From: Perkinsus chesapeaki ATCC PRA-425
Taxonomy: Eukaryota; Protista; Perkinsozoa
DNA length: 57,292 bases
Direction: 5' to 3'
NCBI GenBank assembly: GCA_013115145.1
Contig: JAAPAO010000179.1
Span: 1 to 57,292 of the forward strand
Shown: positions 40,360-53,831 of the stretch, in pieces
Position numbering within the stretch: the first letter of the stretch is position 1
Layout: the number at the start of each line of letters is the position of its first letter
The notes under the pieces: generated by a model
Database searches by the model: none
What the model saw: the letters and a program-made list of their open reading frames with translations, nothing else
What the model was told of the DNA's origin: nothing
Program-made: the position numbers and the translations under genes

Positions 40360-42446
40360 TTAGTATCGTCGTCGTCGTTGTTCTTCTTGTTGTTCTTGTT
40401 GCTTTCTTACATAAACACCAATATTTCTTTTAATATAATCAATATCACATTTATCTCTTATATAATTACTTAATTCATTATCATATATCATACCTGTAAT
40501 ATTATAAATATATTCTTTAACAATATGTAACCTATCATAAATAATAATATATTAATGATTATTATTAATACGGTAAAGGGTTAACATGACCAATACCAAT
40601 TAATTGATCACTCCAACTTATTATCATACCATAACGTGACATCAAATTCCAATTATTAACCTAATAATAATATTTACCAAGGATATTATTATTATACTCT
40701 GCTCCTCCTGCTCCTCCTCCTCCTCCTGCTGATCATTATTACCATTATATGAGAGTATTGTTTAGGTATGTGTTCGGCAACTTCAATACTTATTATCCAA
40801 TCATAAATAGTATTATTATTATTATATAATATTGGTTTAGTAATATCCATATATAATACATCACCATTACTTATCTATTAACAACAACAACAACACGGCG
40901 GCCATTAGATGGTCATAAATAATACTATTATAATAATAGTAGTATTTATACTATTACCTCATTAATATTATTAATACCATCAAATGCATATGATCTAACA
41001 ATACCTGTATTATTTAACCATTTTGAATAATGTCCACCACCAGCACCAATATCACCAATAGTAATAATACTACTATTAACATTATTATTATAATGAGGTA
41101 TAATAATATATTGCATAATACCCTTTAATAAACCATTATCCAACCCCCATGTATTAAATGTAGTCCTTTTAAGTGCTTCTAAATTATCAAATGCACCAGA
41201 TCTAATAATAATAAATAATAGTAAATAATAATAAATAATAATAAATAATAATAAATAATAATAAATAATAAATAATAATAATAAATAATAACAAATAATA
41301 ATAAATAATAATAAATAATAATAAATAATAATAAATAATAATAAATAATAATAAATAATAATAAATAATAAATAATAATAAATAATAATAAATAGTAATA
41401 AATAATATTATTACTTTGTATAATAATAATATTGTTTAACACGTTGTGATGGATGTGGTCTTCTACTATTATTTTCATTATTATCAGTCTCCTTTTGTTT
41501 TTTATTATTGTATAGATTCATAATACTTGATATTAATAAAGGATCTATATTTATAACATAATCCTCAATATACTTAACTAATCTACCAGATAATATAACA
41601 GCAAATGTTGTATCCTAATAATAATTATTAATATATATACATTATTTATTACTTTTCTCCATGTTGGAAATGATGATGGATCACTTGGTAGTAATGTATT
41701 ATTATTATTATCATAATCTATATCACCTTCAACAATATCACCATATATACCTAATATTAATATATTAAGACAACATAATAATAATTACTACCAAATACAT
41801 AACTTGACCATAATAATTGTGTTACATCTTTCATAACTTTATTATATTCATATATATATTTACCCATAATTCTGATAATTATAATAATAATAATATCTTT
41901 TATATATTATTACTTTCTAATATTTAATGTAATACAATCAGGATTAGATGTTATTATAGCACCTATATTGGTATAATATGTATTTATATTATTAATCATA
42001 TTATTAATATGTTTAGATATCCACCAATGATAATGATTTGATTCTAATAACATTTTATTATCTAATAAATAATATAAACCACATGTTGCTGTAAAATTAT
42101 CATGTTTTATTATCTAATAATATAATTATTATTAATACTAAATCATCTATATTGATATACTATATTACCATATTATTTATTAAATTAATAGTATTATCTC
42201 TTATATAACTAATTATTATATCACATGTTTCACTATTCTCAATTTGTATGAAATCATTTAATGTTAATGTTGATGATATACTACTATCTTCACTACTATC
42301 TCTTATTATGTATCTGATATATAATAGTATATATAATAATATATATAATAATATTATTACTCATTATTAATTCTCATCCATATATCATCATTACCGATAC
42401 TAATACCAATTATAATATATAATGAATTCAAAAACAACATCATCAT
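40360..42446 (-). CDS. Class I SAM-dependent methyltransferase-like protein with signal/anchor N-terminus
   Basis: Motif I IGDIGAGGGHY, YAFDG, YDWIISIEVAEHIP, MIISWSDQLIGIGHVN; N-terminus MMMLFLNSLYIIIGISIG. Confidence 0.7.
41209..41400. repeat. (ATAAATAATA)n intronic microsatellite
   Basis: Direct reading; expands an intron of the methyltransferase gene. Confidence 0.85.
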
Positions 42447-42597
42447 ACGACCACCACCACGAAGGCACTTGACCGCAAGAATAACAATAAGAAGACCTAG
42501 CAAGATCTATCCAGTGGGCGACACGCGGGGGGGGGCTATTCTCACGCGCCGCCGGGACCATACTGTTGATGGTAGTTATTGAGTTGTTGAATTTATT

Positions 42598-43932
42598 ATG
42601 CTATCATATAGTGATCCATATATATTACCACCAGTAGCAGCTGCACGATGGAATAAAAAGGAAAAGAGTATTAGAGAAGTAACAAAGACATCTAAATCAT
42701 CAAGAAGGTCATCAACATCATCAATAACAATAATTGACAACACAAAACAACAACAACAACAACAACAGCAGCAGCAGGGAGGAGGAGGAGGAGATATAAA
42801 TCATTGTAGTAATAATAAAATATTATATAAAAGAGGATATATTCCAGTAATATAATCAAGTGCTTGATGTTGTTATTATTATAAATAGTAGGTAGAAGAA
42901 ATATCAAAACATAAGCACATACAACAACCTGTATCATCATCATCTAGTAGTGGTAGTAGTAGTGGCTATATTAATAATGGGGATACTAATAAAAATATAT
43001 CATCATCATCATCATCAAGTAGTAGTGGTATATTAAATGATAATGGTGCACAATATGATTATTTATTAAAAACAGCAACATCAACTACGTCAATAGCATT
43101 AGAACGATATTATATACAAGATACCCCACAAAGTATGATAGATGCAAGAAATACTGTATTAGAAGCAGTTAAAGCGATGGATAAAAAGTAGGAATATATA
43201 TTATTATTAATAGATGTTAATAATATAGATATTATTATTGTTATTAGATTCTCTGTTTCGTGGGATGAACCAAGTAAAACATTACCCAACGCGGTTAAAG
43301 TAATAATAATGTTATCAATTATTACTATCAATTATCATTATATAGGATATACGCCCTCATGAAGAATGTGATGATACTAGTACACAAGATGATGATGAAG
43401 ATGATGAAGGTATTAGTGGGAAATGCATAATAATATAATGCTGTTATTAATGTTGTTTATAGTAGTTGATAATAATAATAATACTAATGGTATATATAAC
43501 ATGATTAAGGATAAGAAGGATAAATTAATAACAAATAGGAATATAAGAATGCAACATAAGAATAATAATACTAATACTACTACTTCTTATTATTCTGGCG
43601 GTGGTGGTGGTTGGTTTAAAACGCGAAAAAAGAATGATAATATAGGAGGGACTAATAATGATTATGATGATGATAGGGGAGGTGGAGAAAGACGACTTAA
43701 TAATAATAATAGAAGGTTAGAATCAAATAGGGCATATTTAGCGCCTAAATTATCATTACCACCGGCACATTTAAGAAGAGCATCAAGTGTTGGTATGATA
43801 CAACCTAATAATAATAATAATCATCATCATCATAGAATAGCAGTTAATAAAAAAGAGGAGGTCATGGTCGATAATGACAATGATAATAAGCTTATAACAT
43901 CACCTACATCATCTACTACGGGATCTACGATA

Positions 43933-43977
<45 letters not shown>

Positions 43978-44965
43978 GAAGAAGAACAACAACAACCAGC
44001 TGTAACAGCAACATCATCATCATCCTTACCAGCAGCAGCGGTAGTCTCGTCGTCGTCATCATCATTATTATCGAATAGTAAAACTATAACAGGATTACAT
44101 GTAGTAATAATAATATAATTTAGTATTATATATTAATAAATAATAGTTACGTATGAGATTAAAGAATCTTATATTTGGAAATAATAATAATACTAAGCAT
44201 AATAATAATGGTCATATGCCCGCAGCAGCATCTGAACCATTATCAGGCGGAGTGGATAATAATATTAATAGTTGTGGAGGTTTAGGGGTATTAGATGTAG
44301 TGAGTAGTAGTAGTAACAGTTGTGATATATTTGGATATGATCTAAATACTGGTAGTAGTACTAATAATGGTGGTGGTGGTATTAGTAAATGCATACCATT
44401 AGTAACTAGTGTACCTAATAATAGAGAACACCATCATCAACGTCAACATTGTGTAAGAATAATAATATATATAATAATATATATTATTTATTAGTTATTA
44501 TTACTTGGTGAAATGTATTTCCCATCACCAACATCATCATCTCCATCATTACCATCATCAGGTGGTGGTGGTGGTGGATATATAGTTACTCAAATAGCAG
44601 TTGATAAATATAGTGGTGATATAGCAGTTGGTACTACTAGTGGTATTATATTAGTATGGATAAGAGAGCATAATGCAGCACATACTAGGAATGCTAATAT
44701 TATATTAAATGGTCATATTGATAGTATAACATCATTACATTATAGTAATAATAACAATAATATAGAGGGAGTAACAAGAAGAAAAAAAGAGGCTCAACAA
44801 GAAGAAGAGCGAGAACGAGGGCAGCAGCAGCCATTATATCCGACTACATTAATAAGTTCATCACTTGACGGATCAACTGTTATATGGACACCAAGAAGAG
44901 ATAATAATATATATTATAATGATGATAAAAGAGATAAGAGAAGAGATAATAATATATCAACATCG

Positions 44966-45012
<47 letters not shown>

Positions 45013-46603
45013 GTCATGTAAATCATTATATGATAAACCAATAGCTGTTATTAGACATTTTAAATCGATTACTGGACCATTAGATATTGAGGGTACTGGT
45101 ATAAATATACCAACATATTCGAGTACTTCATTGCCTAATATTAATAATGGTTTACATACACCATTATTATTTATAGCATGCGCCGATGGTGCTATTGAAA
45201 TGTAATAATATCAATATAATCTCTATTATAATAATAAAGTTTATTTTAGTTATGAACTTGTAACAAAAGGATATAATAATAATACTAGAACACCTGCTGC
45301 TGCTGCTGCTGACAAAGGTGGTGGTGGTGGGTGTTATTATTTATATGAATCATCACCACCTAAAAAGATACATACAGTTAGAATAGAAGGTATGGCAACA
45401 GCTGTTGAATTATCACCAGATGGTTTAAGATTAGCAGTTGGTTCTGCAGTTGGTACAATAACTATATTTTTATTAAAAACATTACGTTTAGATGGTATTA
45501 TAGATTGTAGAAATAGATATGGTAAATTGCGTGGTGGTCGTAAAATATGCGGTATTGAATGGGAAAATGATTCACAAAGGTTATTAATAACAGCATGTGA
45601 TTCAAGAATAAGAGTTATACATTTAAGAGATTTATCAAGACGAAGTAAAATGAAATCAAATCCAATATATAATAATGATAATTTAATGCTACAAGGTAGA
45701 TATTGTTATAATGAAGATCGGGTATTAGCTTGTAGTGAAAAAGGTTATCTATGTATATGGAAATTAAATTATAATAATGAATCAACTAATGATAAACCTA
45801 TTGTATGTGATATATTATATAGAACTAGAGGACAATGGTCATCACAATATTCATTTGCTAATAATAATAAACAACAACAATTAGTAGTATCATCATATCA
45901 TCATGGAGTATCAATGGATAATAATAATTCAATAATACAAGGAGAAGACAAGGAGGAGGAGAATAATACTACTAATCAACAAGAGAAGGATAAAAATACA
46001 AATTTACAACTACAATCACACAGGGATCAGCATCAGCAGCATCAGCAGCATCAAGCAGCAGTAGCAGCAGCTGACGATACTGGTGGTGTTGTAGGTGGTG
46101 CTGGTGCTGGTGGTGGTGGTGGTGATGTACCTAATATACCTAGTACTATTAGTTATCCACCACTTACTGCATCATTTATAAGTAATATGATATTATTAGT
46201 TATAAATTATTTATTATTTAGTGCCTGTTGGATATAGTATGATTGGACATCCACTATGTGATTCAGCATTATCAACAACAACAACAACAAGAAGAAGAAG
46301 AACAAGAAGTGGTGGAGGAAAGGAAGACATACCTAGTAATAATGATGATAGTAATATTTATTATTATTATTAATAATATTATTAGGCTCATCATTAATAG
46401 TAGTAGCATCATCTCAAGGTGTTATAAGGGTATGTTTAGAATTGAATGAATATGATGATGATAATAATAATGAATATTATGATGATGATAAATATAATAA
46501 TAATAACCACACATCATTAACAACGACATCATCAAATAGACTAGAAGTACCATTGAGTAGAAGTAGATTATCAACAGCAGCAGCTACTAAAATGTTAATA
46601 TAA
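42598..46603 (+). CDS. WDR44: WD40-repeat protein, WDR44/Rab11BP-like
   Basis: LNGHIDSITSLHY...ISSSLDGSTVIW; TAVELSPDGLRLAVGS...CRNRYGKLRGGRKICGIEW...LLITACDSRIRV resembles the WDR44 C-terminal repeats. Long low-complexity N-terminus. Confidence 0.65.
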
Positions 46604-47045
46604 TAATAATACTACTACTACAGCAACAGCAACAGCAACAGCAGCAGTGATAATAATTATGATGATCACAACAAGTACTTTACCCTCTTTCTTCTTCGTC
46701 TTCTTCTTCGTCTTCTTATTATTATTGTTGTATTTTCATGTTGTTGCTATTGTTATTGATGTTATATAGTTGGTACATTTGGTACATTAATGATTGTAAT
46801 AATAATATTGTAATATTATTATTTTAATAACCCCCCTTCATATCATTACTACTATCAACTTAAAGCAGAGTTTCTCTTGTATGAATTAGACTCAGTGTTT
46901 TGTTAATAGTATTATTATATTTATAGTATTATTATATTTTTATTTATAGTATTATTATATTTATATTAATAGTATTATTATATTTATATTAATAGTATTA
47001 TTATATTTATATTAATAGTATTATTATATTTATATTCTTTTCTCT

Positions 47046-50000
47046 ATGGAATATGGTGATAGCATCTTAAATACAACAACAATGATGACATCATCATCAT
47101 CAATACGTGGTGGATATGATATGTTAAATAATGCTTTATCATGTGAATATATGACACCAACACTTAGAAAACCAGTATATAAATTATATCATACGCCACT
47201 GCTGCTGCCAAGAACGGTAAGGAGAAGCAGAGTAAATGATTCTGCTTCTGCTACTTCTGCTTCTGCTGCTGCTTCTGTTATATACGATCCTGGCGTCATA
47301 GCACACCTTTATTATGAAATAGAAGTAAATAATAATAATAAGAAATATAAAGATAATTGCTGGAGGTGGTATAATAAATCAGTAAATAATTGTCGTAATT
47401 GGTTAACTAATATACCAACATCATCATCATCTTATAATAATAATAACGGTAGAACATTATCCAACCGGATATTAGCTATTGATCCAACATCATCATCATC
47501 ATCATCATCATCAGGAGGAGGAGGAGGAGGAGGAGGAGGAGGGTGTAGGTTATGTGATATAACTATTAATAATAATGGTGGTGGTAATGGTGATGATGGT
47601 AATGGTGGTGGTAATATAACAACTAGTATGAAATATATTAATATTGATAGTATTATGAAGAGTAGTAGGAAAGGTAGTTGTATTACTGAAATTAAGAGTC
47701 AAGCATTAGATGATGAATATGCATTTATAACAACTGATACGTCATTTCATATAACATCATTAGCATCAAGAACAAATGATGATTGTCCAACAGTAGTTGA
47801 AGAACAACAACAACAACAGCAACAAGATGATGATGATGATGATGATGATGATGGTGGTGGTTGTTGTAGGAATAGTAATAAGTTATTAATATCTGAAAGT
47901 AGAGGTATGGATACAAGTCATGTGTATCCTGGTAAAGCTGTTATTGTTACACCAACATCATTATTTCAATATGATCCTAATAAAGATAAACTTATTAATA
48001 TATTTACTATTGGTGGAAAAGGAAAACAACAACAACAATACAATCACCACCACCCACAAGGAGGAATTGGTAATAGAGGAGTGTATAATAATAATATTAC
48101 AAATAACATAACAACGACAACAAGAACACGAAGAAGAATATTGTCAAAAGACGACCAAGATTATGAAGGTGGTATAAAAGAGGATAATACTAATAATGAA
48201 AATCATCATACTCCTACTTTAACACCACCACCACATACTTCAACATCAACATTTATAACACATGATGATGATGATGATGTTAATAGTGGTTATGATGATG
48301 ATGATCGTTGTCGTGGTCGTGGTCGTAGATTTACTGGTGTATGTTATTCATATATTCATCCAGAAGTATTATTCATAGGTGGTATTAGATTATCTATGAT
48401 TGATATGAGATGTCCAATATATCCTAAACTTAGAACACTTAATAATAATATACAACCAGCACCATATTATGTTGGTTTATTACAAAACTGGGATGTTGAT
48501 GATATATATTATTGGACAGCATTAACAACATTTGATACCACATTACCGTATCAGATAGCAGCATCAAGTAGAAGGCATTCATCCGTAGCAATAATGGATA
48601 TACGAGGTGGTCATCATTGTAACTCAACAACATCAAGTAGTAGTGGTGGTATTCCTATTATAGCTGAATGGCCTTTACCTACTAGACAGGATTTATGGTT
48701 ATCAATGATATTACAAGATGGTGCTGGTTTACCAACTTGTACATCACTACAATATGTTAGTGACAATAAGGGTCGGGGTAAGATATTATCATTTATACCT
48801 TATCAATATGGATCATCAGTAACATGTGTTAATTATAATAATAATGGTACATTTTCAAGACCAACCCATATATTTCATAATAATAGAAGAAATAATGGTT
48901 TATCGGGATGTACATTTATTAATACTAACAACAATAATAATACATCATCATCATCTATAGGGGTTGTTGCATTGAATTGGAAAGGACATCTCATGTTAGC
49001 TACTACTAAGAACAACCAACAAGAAGAAGAAGAAGAAGGAAGGGAGGAGGAGGAGCGAGTAAGAGCAGCTCGATATCGACGACATAATATAACAGTCGAA
49101 GCTGATAATGAGGATTATCATCATGTTGATAATCAGGATGATAATATGATTAAAGGCTCATCATCATCATCATCCTACTACTACTTTGATAATAATAATG
49201 GTATTATTCCCCCTATTAAATCTAAATCATTTAAACCAATATCATATAGGGAAAGAGATTGGGCTCCGAAACTCCTTTTATGGGCTCAAACATCATCATC
49301 ATCACAAACAACGGCAATCAACGGCAAAAAGGCGAATAAAACATCAATAATATTAAGCAACAGTGGTATTGGTGATTATCATATCAATGGTGGTGGTGAT
49401 GATGGTGGGGAGGAGGAGGATTATGATGATAGTCATTGTATTGGTAAATATATTAATTACGATAATGATCTTATTATTATATTAACTGCATTAGGCATCA
49501 TATATCCTAAAGAGGATGATGATGGTGGTGGTGGTGGGCATTCATTGTTATTGAGTGGTGATAGGAATATATTATTATGGAGACATAATTTAAAATATAA
49601 TAAATATAATCAAATATTATTATCTAATATATTAAAAGAAGGTGGCTATGGCGGTAAACGGCGGCAGCGGCGGCGGCACGAGGAGAGCGGTGGTGGCGGT
49701 GGTGGCGGTGGTGGTGGTTGTCTTAGTGCAATACGTTATATTATAAATAATATTATCAAAAATACACCTTCCTACCACCATTGGTTATCTATAACACATG
49801 ATAATAACAATAAACAGAATAATAATAATAAATGTAATAGTATTATTATCATCATTATTAACCATGCAGCTGCAGCTGCAGCTGTTGTTGTTGTTATTTT
49901 CATTTTTAGGTGGAATGAGATATTGGGATTATTTAACTTTGTATCGCCAAAGCATAATTAACGACCATCATCAGTATGATGATGATGATAAGAATGAGCC

Positions 50001-50466
50001 ATTGAATAGATATGAACTATTATCTGTTTTAAAAGTATTAGAAGATGATGGTTTATTGCGTATAGAAATGTATTATGATGAAGATAACAACAATAACAAC
50101 AATAACAAGTTGGATTGGATAGCCATACCTATATACGAAAACGACGAAGGAACAAGTGAAGAAGAAAGAGAAAAGAAGTCTATAACGATGAAGAAGCCGA
50201 ATTATAATGATGATGATATAGAATTGGAATATAATAATAGTAGTATGGTTCTTATGAAAACAACAACTAATAATGATAATAATAATGGCAATTCATCTAG
50301 TAGCAATAATAATAATAAACCCCCTTTATTATGTAAAAACAACATTGATATGGATACTATACAAGATGTTATTAATAGATGGGATAATAATAATTATGAT
50401 GATGAGAGTAAAGAGAATGATGATAATAAAGATGAGAAAAGAAAAAGAAAATATGTTGAACTTTAG
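47046..50466 (+). CDS. Large hypothetical protein (one intron, 49834-49909); possible TAF1C/Rrn6-like beta-propeller
   Basis: A 929-codon first exon is spliced in frame to the 49798-50466 frame. The family assignment is tentative (see findings). Confidence 0.75.
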
Positions 50467-50813
50467 TTCTTGTTGTTGTTCTTGTTGTTGTTGTTGTATT
50501 TGTTACCATAATTATATCGCCATTATTATTTGTATTATTAGTGTTTTTATATTGTTATTTGATGATAGTAATAATAAATGTAGTATTATCAATTTCGTCA
50601 TTATTCGATTATTATTCATACTAGTATTATTATTATTATTGGGTTATAAATAAGATATATATTATTATACAATATTTAACTTTATTATAGGTTTCATATT
50701 TATATCAATAACTAACATCAATATTGATAGTATTAAATTATTGTGGTAATGGTAGTTCGACCATCATAATAATAATACTACAAATTATTAACAATAATAA
50801 TAATAAAGAATAG

Positions 50814-50865
50814 ATGAATAGAACTACACAGTTGCTCACACACAGGAGAGGATTTATATCATCAA

Positions 50866-50896
<31 letters not shown>

Positions 50897-51071
50897 GAGA
50901 AGAACAAAAATAATAATGACACCAACAACAACAAGGAGGAGAAGAAGAACAACAATTAACAGAGAGGGGTTTACTATAATATCACAAAGTAGTAGTATTC
51001 TTAATAATATCAATAGTATTATTAAATCCCCAATAACTAGTGCATCATCATCCTCATCATTCAACTCGTGG

Positions 51072-51102
<31 letters not shown>

Positions 51103-53669
51103 TATTGGTATTACTATCTAAATATCATACTGTCAGTGCATCATCATCATCGTTATCAACAACAACAACAACAGCAAGAAGAACACATTTACTTGGTTAT
51201 AACCGTTATTATGATTATATTATTAATTATGAAAAAGAGGGAGTATCTTATTATGAAAATACGTTAGTAAAAGAAGTGTTACGTTTTATTCATATATTAT
51301 ATAAATGTAAATATCATAATCATCATAATCATCATGGTTACACTATATTAGAGATTATTACTATTATGTCAATATTATTATTTTATAATTATATTGTCCA
51401 GTTGAGACATACGACATACTCCTCCTCCTCCTCTTCATCATCATCATCATCATCAGTTTATACTAATCTTTGGTATTTTATCCTAAGCATTCCGTTATAT
51501 AATAGAATAGCAAACTGCGATGAAAAATATAAAAGTTATGAAAATGGTGATGATGATGATAATAATGATATCCTCAGAATGTTCCCTATTGCTCGAGAAG
51601 ATTTAATACGTCATAATATTTATAATGAGTATGATGAAGATGATGATGAGAATAGTAATGAGAATAGTAATCCTAAGAATTATCGTAATTTCGATGATGA
51701 ATATGAAATACATGATATCATTGGTGAAGGTGGATTTGGTACTGTATATAGATGTACACATAAAATAACTGGTATAGAAAGAGCAGTTAAGATTATTAAT
51801 AATAATACTCATAATATTAAAGATGTTAAATTATTTCGTAATGAATTAAATGCACTATTAGATCTTGATTCACCATATATAGTAAGATTATTAGAATATT
51901 ATTATGATAATAATGATAATAGTATTAAATTGGTATGTTCTTTATGTCGTGGACCGGATTTATTAGATCGTATAAGAGATGAAGTTAATCAAAAAGGTAG
52001 ATTTGATGAAGAATATGCAGTTATACTATTACGTCATATGTTAAAAGCAGTTGCATATTGTCATAAATCCGGTATTGTACATTGGGATATTAAACCTGAG
52101 AATTTTATGTTTGCAAATCCATCTAAAACTGCTACATTAAAAATGATTGATATGGGTTTAGCTAAAAGACATCTTATACCAACAACAACAACAACAACAA
52201 CAAGTAGAGTTGATAATAATAACGATAAAAATATAAGATCACGAGAGGGATATGAAAGTATTACAAGTTTAAATCATCATCATCATCATCATCAACAACA
52301 TCCATCATCATCGAATGATGATGAAGATGATGATGATAGTAGTGGTGGTGTTGGTGTTATATTCCCGTTTATTGCTGGTACATTACGTTATATGCCACCT
52401 GAAATAGTAGAAAGAGTATTATTAACAACAACAACGACAAAGCAGAATGGGAAGAAGAAGAAAAAGAGAAAAGAATATGACAATATTGATAATCGAGTAG
52501 AATACAATGCTGCTGCTGCTGATGGAGATGATGATGAAGTTGTTGTTATTAATAATAAGAAATATTATTATAATATTGATGATCCACGTAAAGTTGATAT
52601 TTGGGCTATTGGTGTTATATTTGCTATGTTATTATCTGGTGTACCTTTATTTAGTTTAACTGATGATGAAGATATTGTTATGAATGATATATTAGATCCT
52701 GAATATGTTATTAAACGTATATCAACAAATGATGAATATATTAATATATCTGATGATGCATTTGATATGTTATATAATTTATTATCATTTAATCCAAATG
52801 ATAGATTTGATGCAAGTGAAGCATTAAATCATCCATTAATAATACATTCTTATGAAAGAGATGCAATACAATTACAACATAATAAAGATATAAGACAAGT
52901 ATTTAATTTTGATATTATTAATCGTATGAGATATTCAACTCGATTACCACCATTAGCAAGAATATGTAGATTACTTATTGCACACCAATGTCGCGATCGT
53001 GAAATAAGAAGATTAAGAGATACATTTAGACGTTTTGATATTGATGGTGATGGTTATTTAGATAAACATGAAATACAAACTGTATGTGAATATTATAATA
53101 TACCATTACCAGATGATTTTGATGATATATTCAATGCTTGTGATTTACAACGTAATAATAGATTAAATTTTGTAGAATTTGTTGCTGCTACACTTGATGA
53201 TGAATTAACTGATATAGATAGCGATTCTGGTAAAAGATTTCTCCAGTATGTATTCCAACAATTGAGCCGTGATAACAATTATAACAACAACAACAACAAC
53301 AGCTTATGTGATAATGATAATACATCACAACAACAACAACAAGAAGATGATGATGATGATGATAATAACGAATATCATTCATCAAGTGATTCTCTGATAG
53401 ATGCATCAAAAATTAAAAAGTTTTTCTATAAAAGTTCTTTTACTGATGATATAGCGAGATTACTTATAGAAGGATGTTACGATAAAAAGGAGAATGATGA
53501 TGCATATAATAATACATTACCATCATCCGATCATCATCATCATCATAAAATGATGAAAAAGGTTGATACGTTGAACTTTAATCAGTTTGTAAAATGTTTT
53601 AAACTACTAAACAGACGGCATGATGATAATGACGATATATCATCTTTATCGTCTATTACTACTCGTTGA
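50814..53669 (+). CDS. Calcium-dependent protein kinase-like (kinase plus EF-hands), intronless
   Basis: GEGGFGTV, AVKII, HWDIKPEN, DMG, GTLRYMPPE, DIWAIGVI, a junction segment, and EF loops DIDGDGYLDKHE and DLQRNNRLNFVEF. Confidence 0.9.
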
Positions 53670-53831
53670 ATTCTTGTATTATTGCTATTCTTTATTAAAC
53701 TATTATCATCAATAAATGCCTTTAACATTCTTATTATTATCCTTGATATTTATATTGTGTTATTGTTTAATTAACATGTTTTGAACAAAAAAATATGTAA
53801 ATAATCCAGAAATAATATCAAGTTAATGTAA

